Part shown: positions 35,464 to 43,183 of the stretch, in pieces
Layout: the number at the start of each line of letters is the position of its first letter
Position numbering within the stretch: the first letter of the stretch is position 1
NCBI GenBank assembly: GCA_963698045.1
Contig: OY969115.1
Span: forward strand, 843,467-907,466
Origin: an uncultured bacterium
Lineage (GTDB): Bacteria; Babelota; Babeliae; Babelales; Vermiphilaceae
Direction: 5' to 3'
Length of the DNA: 64,000 nt
Made by a program: the position numbers and the translations under genes
Notes under the pieces: model-generated
Databases searched by the model: none
Seen by the model: the letters and a program-made list of their open reading frames with translations, nothing else
Told to the model about the DNA's origin: nothing

Positions 35464-38400
35464 CTACATCTTCTCTACTGCCGAACCAGGTCCCGCTTGT
35501 GTTGGATAATCTTGATTCTTAGGTTTTGATACTTCTGACTTAGCCGTTACCTTACCCGCCACTATTTTATATGGTTGAGAATTCTCAAAATCAGGATATA
35601 GTCTACGCACACGTTCTGCTGTTGCATTTGTATTTGCATCTCTATTTATTGCGTCCCAATCTATTTGTGGAATAAATACGTTGTAATATTTTTCTATATT
35701 CGATTTATTCTCTGCAGATACGTTACCACCATTTAACACTAGGAACATTCCTAAACCATCAACCACTTCATCTCTTTGTGCACCAGTCAATACTTTTTCT
35801 GGGCGAACTTCAAGATAGTCTGGGTAATCGGTAATTGCATAGTTAGTATCTGAATATACATCCGCAATTACTCGCATAATTACTAATGGTGAACCACCTC
35901 CAAGCCCCTTCTGCAATCTTGGAATTATGCGTTGATTCATTTCTGCAATGATGGTGTCAGCAGAAAGACCACCAATTTTCTTAGAATAATTGTCAGCGAT
36001 TAGCTTTTGTAATTCTTGTACTGACGACAGCCTTGCCCCATCAGCAACACGTTGTAATGTAGCCAATACTCTTGCTTTGGAAGGCTCAGGTAGATTCTCT
36101 GCTGCAACCAGATCTGCGAGCCATTCATTAAACGGTTTTAGTGTTGCTTCTTTTTTAACTCCTTTAGCTTCTGACGATTTCGCCAGTTGATCACGTCTTT
36201 TCTTTTCCATCTGTACTTGAGGGGCTAGTTTTTCTATTGCAGTTTCTTCTTTAAAGCGCACTTTCATATCTGTCGCTGCTTGTTTAGAAAGAGCTTCTTG
36301 CCCTACCATTGCATCATATTGTGCTTGGGTTAATACGGTATTAAGTGCAGATTCTATTGCTCCCTTATCAAATGGTTTATTAAGAGATTTTCTTAAAGCT
36401 ATTTCTTCAGCACCATTGATTCTTAAATTAGTTTCAGCAAGTACTTTTTGAGCAGCTATATATTCTGCTGACGGTGGCGCTTCTGTTGCCGGTGCTTTAC
36501 CAAATACTTTATCAGCAAGATCCGCTCTACCTTCTTCTGTTAAGGCTTTTGCAGCAAGTTCTTTCGCAAAGTTCAACAACGGATCTTTAATCTTGTTCCA
36601 AATTTGTTCTGCAACATTCTTAATTGAATCGCCAACACTCTTGAAGTTAAATGATACGTCATCAAACTTAAGTGGTATTTTACCAATGTCTTTAGAGATA
36701 TCAGTAAGATCTATTTCTGCATCAAGTGAAAGCGCTGGGCTTTGGCCTTCTTTTAACTTCTTGCCATCATAGACAACCTTACCGGACCTAACCTTAAATA
36801 TTTTTAATGCACCAGCAACCACTTTGCTAATAAGACCAATAGTGTCATTAATTGCTTCGCTAAATTTCTCATCTACTTTCTCTTTTTCATACCAATCATC
36901 AACCTTGGTAACTGCAGATAACATTGCATCTGTTATTTTTTCCAAGATTAGTGAATTTGCAGCCTCTAATGAGCTTTTTAACTCTAATACGTTTGCGCCA
37001 ACAACTACTTTACATGCAGGCAATTCTTGATCCAAAATTAATAAAGCACCTGCAGTTCCAAATGGAGGAACCCAAGCAGCACTTATAGTTGCCTGTTCTA
37101 TCCAAGAAAGATTATTGTATTGTTTTTTACAATCAACAAGGGCACGGTTAGCTTGTTCATGACGCTTGTTAGCTTCTACCGCTGCAATGTATTCCATATA
37201 AGCGTTAGCTTTTTTTGCTTTTTCCAATTCTGATTTAGCTGCATTAAGTAGCTGTTCAATTTCCACTTTTACCTTTGTCTTACCCCAATCTTCCACTGCC
37301 TTAATAAGTGCATCTTGGAACTTTTGTTGGAATTTCATCATGACATACAGTTCATCTATCTTTTTAGGATTTATTTTAAGTTCAACGTCTGCGCTAAACT
37401 GATCACTGATCGCAAATTCAAAGTCACCATTAAAACCGTCATTGTTAATACCCAATTTTGCTTTCATGGAAAGATCAATTGCTGGGATTGCAACTTGACC
37501 GTCAAACTTAAACTCATCTTTAGAGGTATCATTAAAGTCTAGGAATAACCTACCATTCAATGCCCCAGTTCCTGCAAAATCAGAAATGTTTACAATCGGG
37601 GTATCATTAATTTTTATTTTAATGGGACCAAGTTTATTATCAGGCAACATTTCACCCAGCCAAACTTCGCCTTTAAATTTTTTCTCTTCGGTATCAACCA
37701 TGATGTCTAATTTTGCTTGGTACCCAGTGATTACCGCGTCAAACAACAGGTTAAACCCTTGTTTGTAGACCGTATTACCAATGGTACCTGGAGCCGTTGC
37801 GAATGCTAATCCACTATTCTTTTTGATAGTAATTTCTGGTAAGTCTGTTGCCTGAATACTCTTTTTGAATACATCTCTGCCTATCCATGCAATAATGTCG
37901 GCCATCTTTAGTTCATTGTCTAATTTACCGGCAAATCCAAATAATGGTGGTACCAGAGTAGTATCTATATCACCATTAAGACTTATTTTAAATTCGTCAT
38001 TGGTACCTAACGCAAGCGTTCCGGCAAATCCTAATTGGGTGAACGGAACACCGGCAACTGCAGCCACTTGTAATGCTACCGGATTAGTACTTTGACCAAT
38101 AGTGAATCGCAAGTTTCCAATCCCTAACCAGTCAATACCAAACGCCGGATCCCACATGCCATCCATCATTGCTTGGAACTTCCACCCCTCTTTACCAAGT
38201 TCACCATCGGCAGAAAAATTAAGTGCAGGTTGTTTTGGATTAAGCATTTCTAAAGTAGCTTTAGCTCCCAATGCTAATTGACCATTAGCCGGAGTTACTT
38301 TTAGTAAAAAATCACCAAAATTAAATGCTCTTAAATTAAGTTTTGTACTCAAAGAAGGATCTTTAAGCTTGGTAAAATCAATCCCAAAACGTACTGCTAA

Positions 38401-39222
38401 TGCAGCCGATATTGCAACTTTAGAAAGTGACATATTTTCTAATGGAGTCTGCACTGCCAAATTCATGGTGCCACCGGTAGCGGTAATTGGTTGCCCCGTC
38501 ACACTATTTATAAAGTTCTGCAGATATTCAAACGCGCCAGTTAATGGAACCGTTGCTACAATATTAAGACCGGGTTTAATTTCTACTGTTTGATTAGTAG
38601 AAGTCTGATATTTAAATACATCCGATCCCGCTATTTTATCGTCAGCAAAATTTTGCGTAACTACAATGCGAATGCCCGGCATTTGGAAATTTTTTAACGC
38701 ATCCGGCGCAGTAATACCCATTGCAGTGACTAAATCATAAATAGTAGGTTGCGTTCCACTAGTGCCCAACTCTATACCAAAGCCACGGAACTTAATCCCA
38801 GACACGTTACCAGCAGCATTTTTAGTTTCTAACGTAAAGAATTCACCACCAAATGTTTGTCCCGCAAACTCAACCGCACCACGCAAGATATACCCTTGTG
38901 CCATATTCTTGGGTAATTCTGCAAACTTAATTAGATTAGGGTTAACCAATTTTATTGAAGGACTATCAAGAATAGTGATAGTTTGAGCGGGAATTTTCCC
39001 CACTGCTTCAAAAGCTAAATTGTCTAATAATGCAGGTGTTTCTGCCTTAGGATTTTCTTTCCATTTCTTAAAGGTATCAGTTACTAATGTTTTAAGATCA
39101 GTAATCTTTTGTTTTATCTCATCTACACTAATAGCTTGCAACGAACTACTTACGGTACTTACTACAAGAAGCGCGCTCAGCAGTATGCGGCGTACCATGC
39201 TCCCCAATTTGTACGTCTTCAT
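35464..39222 (-). CDS. Giant secreted protein family, member P3 (~1252 aa)
   Basis: ATG at 39222 (GGGGAG RBS) aligns with the P2 start. Signal peptide ending SSSLQA. Same C-terminal tail KPKNQDYPTQAGPGSAVEKM as P2. Confidence 0.85.
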   Translation of the reverse strand: MKTYKLGSMVRRILLSALLVVSTVSSSLQAISVDEIKQKITDLKTLVTDTFKKWKENPKAETPALLDNLAFEAVGKIPAQTITILDSPSIKLVNPNLIKFAELPKNMAQGYILRGAVEFAGQTFGGEFFTLETKNAAGNVSGIKFRGFGIELGTSGTQPTIYDLVTAMGITAPDALKNFQMPGIRIVVTQNFADDKIAGSDVFKYQTSTNQTVEIKPGLNIVATVPLTGAFEYLQNFINSVTGQPITATGGTMNLAVQTPLENMSLSKVAISAALAVRFGIDFTKLKDPSLSTKLNLRAFNFGDFLLKVTPANGQLALGAKATLEMLNPKQPALNFSADGELGKEGWKFQAMMDGMWDPAFGIDWLGIGNLRFTIGQSTNPVALQVAAVAGVPFTQLGFAGTLALGTNDEFKISLNGDIDTTLVPPLFGFAGKLDNELKMADIIAWIGRDVFKKSIQATDLPEITIKKNSGLAFATAPGTIGNTVYKQGFNLLFDAVITGYQAKLDIMVDTEEKKFKGEVWLGEMLPDNKLGPIKIKINDTPIVNISDFAGTGALNGRLFLDFNDTSKDEFKFDGQVAIPAIDLSMKAKLGINNDGFNGDFEFAISDQFSADVELKINPKKIDELYVMMKFQQKFQDALIKAVEDWGKTKVKVEIEQLLNAAKSELEKAKKANAYMEYIAAVEANKRHEQANRALVDCKKQYNNLSWIEQATISAAWVPPFGTAGALLILDQELPACKVVVGANVLELKSSLEAANSLILEKITDAMLSAVTKVDDWYEKEKVDEKFSEAINDTIGLISKVVAGALKIFKVRSGKVVYDGKKLKEGQSPALSLDAEIDLTDISKDIGKIPLKFDDVSFNFKSVGDSIKNVAEQIWNKIKDPLLNFAKELAAKALTEEGRADLADKVFGKAPATEAPPSAEYIAAQKVLAETNLRINGAEEIALRKSLNKPFDKGAIESALNTVLTQAQYDAMVGQEALSKQAATDMKVRFKEETAIEKLAPQVQMEKKRRDQLAKSSEAKGVKKEATLKPFNEWLADLVAAENLPEPSKARVLATLQRVADGARLSSVQELQKLIADNYSKKIGGLSADTIIAEMNQRIIPRLQKGLGGGSPLVIMRVIADVYSDTNYAITDYPDYLEVRPEKVLTGAQRDEVVDGLGMFLVLNGGNVSAENKSNIEKYYNVFIPQIDWDAINRDANTNATAERVRRLYPDFENSQPYKIVAGKVTAKSEVSKPKNQDYPTQAGPGSAVEKM

Positions 39223-39290
39223 ACGTACTCCCCTTTTTTTAAATACATAATAAAACCCATAAGCCACTCCACTGTAGCTTCTATACCCAA

Positions 39291-39318
39291 TTTATATTAT
39301 TTCAAATAGAAATATCAA
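39291..39318 (-). promoter_or_regulatory. Sigma70-like promoter candidate for P3
   Basis: Minus strand TTGATA - 16 nt - TATAAA, ~70 nt upstream of the start codon. The -35 lies inside a motif repeated upstream of other secreted-protein genes. Confidence 0.45.
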
Positions 39319-39383
39319 TATAAGATAGAACTACCCACAAACAAATGTGTAATATAGGCACTTTTTACCCACTCATTGGGCGC

Positions 39384-39414
39384 AAAAAAGGGCCTTGTTG
39401 TTATCCAAGACCCT
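39384..39414 (-). terminator. Rho-independent terminator after 39438..39932
   Basis: Minus-strand GGGUCUUGG / CCAAGGCCC stem (one G-U pair) followed by a U-run. Confidence 0.6.
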
Positions 39415-39437
39415 TATATTATCTAATTACCATTACG

Positions 39438-39932
39438 TTATGGTTTTAAACCTTTAAATGAGGGAGCAGTATTAGTTAAGAAGGTAGAAAAGGCTTCTAA
39501 CTTAGCAACCGCTTCTTGCAATACCGCAATAGTAGTAGAAGACAATGGCTCTTTACCCATTAATTTAAGTATGGCATTAATTTCATCTAATGCGCCGGTT
39601 TCTTTATGCCCCAACACGTCTGCTTTGCTAGACCCCACTAAACGTTCTAATACAGGAGCAATTTGATTTAACCCCATCGCCAAATCTACAAATTTGTCAC
39701 TATAATCCTTGGTTGGATCACTAACAACAGCACTAACACGTGCAACTTCATTAGAAAGCTTTAAGATTACTTCATCAGAAAGTTTGTCAAACTGTGCACG
39801 CAATGCGGCAATTGCTTTTGGTAACTCTTCATTTAACTGAGCTACAGACAAGGCACCGCTGCAGGCAGCTGCATTAGAAATGCCATGCACACCAAATCCC
39901 AACATTATAACCCCTATAACCACCTTCTTCAT
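39438..39932 (-). CDS. Secreted helical hypothetical protein (164 aa)
   Basis: Signal peptide MKKVVIGVIMLGFGVHGISNAAA. Ala/Leu-rich helical body. Confidence 0.6.
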   Translation of the reverse strand: MKKVVIGVIMLGFGVHGISNAAACSGALSVAQLNEELPKAIAALRAQFDKLSDEVILKLSNEVARVSAVVSDPTKDYSDKFVDLAMGLNQIAPVLERLVGSSKADVLGHKETGALDEINAILKLMGKEPLSSTTIAVLQEAVAKLEAFSTFLTNTAPSFKGLKP

Positions 39933-40150
39933 AAACCCTCCTTACTTGGTTTATACACATTAACAATAAAAACCTATACTATAGCAGTTAATACACCAAA
40001 TACATACCATAATGCTCCCTGCTACTTACAGGTTAAATTATTTACAAATAGAAAATCAAGAAAATTGATTATTAAGGATACTTAACACAAATTTTATTCT
40101 TTAGGTACAGGCATATATTTCCAAACCTGCACCTAAAAAATCTATCTATC

Positions 40151-40567
40151 CTACTGGGCTTGAGCACCTATTCCTAATTGCTCATTCACCATGTTGAGAA
40201 ATTGTTGCAATTTGGATTCACCTTTTTTTTCTTCTTCCATTGTTTTAGCGCTCGTGTCACCAAGCTTTTGTTGCTCTGTTAAATTACTTTCTGTACCAGC
40301 TATCATGTTTTTAACTTTTTCTTTCCACATATCAAGCTGTTGCAGCAACTTTTCTTTTTGTTCAGGAGATACTGCACTCTTTAGCTTTTCTAAAAGATCA
40401 TTACCCTTCTTTTGTAAGTCTTGTACCAAAGCTGAGGTATTTGTACCTGAAAAATATTCTGACAATTTAGCTTTAGCGTCGTCCCACAAAGTTGCAGATA
40501 TTGTAGAAACCGCAAACACTAATGATGTTGCAATCAAACTATTCTTTATATTAAATAAGTTCTTCAT
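40151..40567 (-). CDS. Secreted coiled-coil hypothetical protein (~138 aa)
   Basis: Signal peptide MKNLFNIKNSLIATSLVFAVSTISA. K/E/Q-rich heptad-like body. Confidence 0.6.
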   Translation of the reverse strand: MKNLFNIKNSLIATSLVFAVSTISATLWDDAKAKLSEYFSGTNTSALVQDLQKKGNDLLEKLKSAVSPEQKEKLLQQLDMWKEKVKNMIAGTESNLTEQQKLGDTSAKTMEEEKKGESKLQQFLNMVNEQLGIGAQAQ

Positions 40568-40648
40568 AAACACTCCTTTAGTGGTTATATAAGATTATTA
40601 AAATAGCACTCGCTTATACCCTTCACCACTAAATAGAATGGTAACTAA

Positions 40649-41161
40649 CTACTCTATTTCTTCTTCTTCCATATCCATTATTATTACTTTATTTTCATCA
40701 TCTTCACCGGGTTGATCACTCACCGTAAACGTTTCTTGTTTGTTCTCTTCTGCCACAGGTTCTGCAACTACTGATGGCGCCATAGCCGGTTTTACAACAG
40801 GAGTGCTCACCGATGGTTCAGAAACAGTACTGGTTACTTCTGCAAATTGTTCTGCAGTAGCTGGTTGCACTGTTGAACCTGGCGCAACTATAGCACCTGT
40901 TCCTTGTACCACACCTTCTGTAGCCGTTGCCAAACCTTGTCCGGCACCTTCAACTGCAGTGGCCACACCTTGTACCGGTTGACCGGTTACCACTTCACCT
41001 GCACCTTGCACTGCGCCTTCAGCAACTTGGCCTGCGCCTTGCACCGCACCACCCACAATGTTACCAACGCCTTCAAAAAGACCCGGTCGCGTGGTAGTGG
41101 CGACTGTTAACAACGCAATTACAAGAAACATCTTGTTCTTTGGAATACGTACATTCTTCAT
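40649..41161 (-). CDS. Secreted Gly/Val/Gln-repeat protein with an acidic tail (~170 aa)
   Basis: Start at MKNVRIPKNKMFLVIALLTVATT. Repeats GAVQGAGQVAEGAVQGAGEVV.. and tail DDENKVIIMDMEEEEIE. Confidence 0.6.
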   Translation of the reverse strand: MKNVRIPKNKMFLVIALLTVATTTRPGLFEGVGNIVGGAVQGAGQVAEGAVQGAGEVVTGQPVQGVATAVEGAGQGLATATEGVVQGTGAIVAPGSTVQPATAEQFAEVTSTVSEPSVSTPVVKPAMAPSVVAEPVAEENKQETFTVSDQPGEDDENKVIIMDMEEEEIE

Positions 41162-41177
41162 ACAATCTCTCCTTTTT

Positions 41178-41564
41178 TTAATCATTATAATAATTTGGAC
41201 TTAACGGGTTATCTTCCTCTTTCAATTTTTTTAATTGATCAGTTAATAATTCAATTTTACGATTTAACCTGGTTAACTGACTATTTATTGCCATAGAACG
41301 TTTATATAATGGCGCCATCTCATGGGCAGATCTCCTTACATGATCACTATGCATTTTAAGCAATTCATCATTCTGAGCAATTAACTGCTCTCTTAACGCT
41401 TCACTTTCTTCTAACTGTTGATTAAGCTCTGCGAGACTCATTTTAGCCAATTCAGCAGCTCCTAAATCAGCTGCCGTTAGCCAAGCAGCTTGCAACCCAA
41501 CTGGTGCCATGACAACCAATAGCACGCCCGCGAGAAAACTGTTTTTAAACAATACATAGTTCAT
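41178..41564 (-). CDS. Secreted coiled-coil hypothetical protein (128 aa)
   Basis: Signal peptide MNYVLFKNSFLAGVLLVVMAPVGLQA. Heptad-rich LEESEALREQLIAQNDELLK. Confidence 0.6.
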   Translation of the reverse strand: MNYVLFKNSFLAGVLLVVMAPVGLQAAWLTAADLGAAELAKMSLAELNQQLEESEALREQLIAQNDELLKMHSDHVRRSAHEMAPLYKRSMAINSQLTRLNRKIELLTDQLKKLKEEDNPLSPNYYND

Positions 41565-41731
41565 ATGTCTACTCCTTGTAGTAGTTAAAACCTTTATTTT
41601 AGAGGAAAAACCAGGGTGATTAGCTCTACTATCAGACTAGCAATTACTATTTCTAATTGTCAATAATAAGTAGGTAAAAAAAAGGAGATAAAGCCAATTT
41701 CTAAGGGATAAATAGGGTTTACAGGACCCTT

Positions 41732-41760
41732 AAAAAAAATAAGCCCTATCTCTAGGGCTT
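41732..41760 (-). terminator. Rho-independent terminator after 41790..43049
   Basis: Perfect 8-bp stem AAGCCCTA / TAGGGCTT followed by U8 on the minus strand. Confidence 0.7.
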
Positions 41761-41789
41761 AAAGCAATGAATTCTTTGGACTATATTAT

Positions 41790-43049
41790 TTAGAAATTAA
41801 GCGTTAACCCTATACCAAACGTAGCCAACATAGCGGATCTCTTGCCATTAAACGGCAAACGGGTAAACAAAGACAACTGCGGACGAACCGGCGCTTGATC
41901 AGTAAGATGTTCGGCAAAGTCATAATCAAAGCGTACAAATACTTGGTGCATGGTAAAATCTTTTAAGCTCTGCGCGGAATTTGCGGCCACACTAGAAAAG
42001 TCATTTGCATATAACGATATTTCATTATCACCACGTTTTATATATTGGTAACCCGCCATACAAGACGCGCCTTTGTAAAACTTCCATAGTTGCAAGTACA
42101 AGCTATATTGCTGCCATAATCCATAATCAATATAAGATTTTGCCTGCTGCAGTAACAACAAATCTGTTTGTGCAATATCTGTTTTAATTCTTCTGCAGAG
42201 CGTATTGCCAAAGGTATGTATTAACAACACGTCTAACCCTGCTTTAACACAAGACCCTAACGTTAGATCTAAGCCAACTTCAAAAGGGAGCGCCCATGCG
42301 CCATTAGTACCAAAGGGAATAGCAAATAATTTATTTACGTCTTCTTTAAGACCGGTTGGTATAATTACACCGGTACGCCAGTTAACGCGCACATTCTTAA
42401 GAAATGGTTTGTACTGTCTAAAATCTTTAAACCACTCTATCATAAGCGTTAAATCACCCACGCCACGACGGTGCCAACCACGCAAATCAAGGCCACCACC
42501 CATCTGATCCGCAATACAAAACAGATTATTGGTTAAATATTCTTTAGTCCGTAAATCTGCTGCAGTTACCTCTTGGGTTAAATCTGTCCAGCGTACATTT
42601 TTAAGGTGCATATCAAAAAAAGGAAGATAGGCTGCTATTGCCCAATCTTGGTAAAATGACCAACGGGCAGCTAAGCCAAGGTCAATAGGCATAGACAAGT
42701 CGCCACATACATTAAGATGACCACGCACGCCGTCATCAGTTGCGTCTATAAGATTACGTAATTTACCCAATGCAGAATCTTCGGGGAACCCTTCTAACAT
42801 GGCAAGAGCATTTTGATTTGATTGCCAAATCTGTAACGGATTTACCGAACACCCTTCACTGTTATAATTTTTGTTGGCAATAGATGTTTCTGCATAAAGC
42901 GTTACTGTTCCTTCATCACACACATTGTAATACGGCCGCAATAAAGGGTTATATGGTTGCAATAAGTTCATTGCTATGCTTCTTGCAGGCAACAGTATTA
43001 AACATGCAATCACAACAAGAAATGGTAACTTATATATTCTAGATATCAT
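41790..43049 (-). CDS. Putative outer-membrane beta-barrel protein (419 aa)
   Basis: Signal peptide. Alternating-hydrophobic strands with many aromatic girdle residues. C-terminal FGIGLTLNF ends in Phe, the typical OMP signature. Confidence 0.6.
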   Translation of the reverse strand: MISRIYKLPFLVVIACLILLPARSIAMNLLQPYNPLLRPYYNVCDEGTVTLYAETSIANKNYNSEGCSVNPLQIWQSNQNALAMLEGFPEDSALGKLRNLIDATDDGVRGHLNVCGDLSMPIDLGLAARWSFYQDWAIAAYLPFFDMHLKNVRWTDLTQEVTAADLRTKEYLTNNLFCIADQMGGGLDLRGWHRRGVGDLTLMIEWFKDFRQYKPFLKNVRVNWRTGVIIPTGLKEDVNKLFAIPFGTNGAWALPFEVGLDLTLGSCVKAGLDVLLIHTFGNTLCRRIKTDIAQTDLLLLQQAKSYIDYGLWQQYSLYLQLWKFYKGASCMAGYQYIKRGDNEISLYANDFSSVAANSAQSLKDFTMHQVFVRFDYDFAEHLTDQAPVRPQLSLFTRLPFNGKRSAMLATFGIGLTLNF

Positions 43050-43183
43050 TACGTTATTCCTAAATTAATTCCAAATTTCACAAGCAGCACCACTAAATCT
43101 TTTTCAGCATCTTGAGTCTTAAAAAAAAGCCTGCACGTGATAATACAAAGAACTTATGTTTCTTCCTACTCCAAAACCAACTT

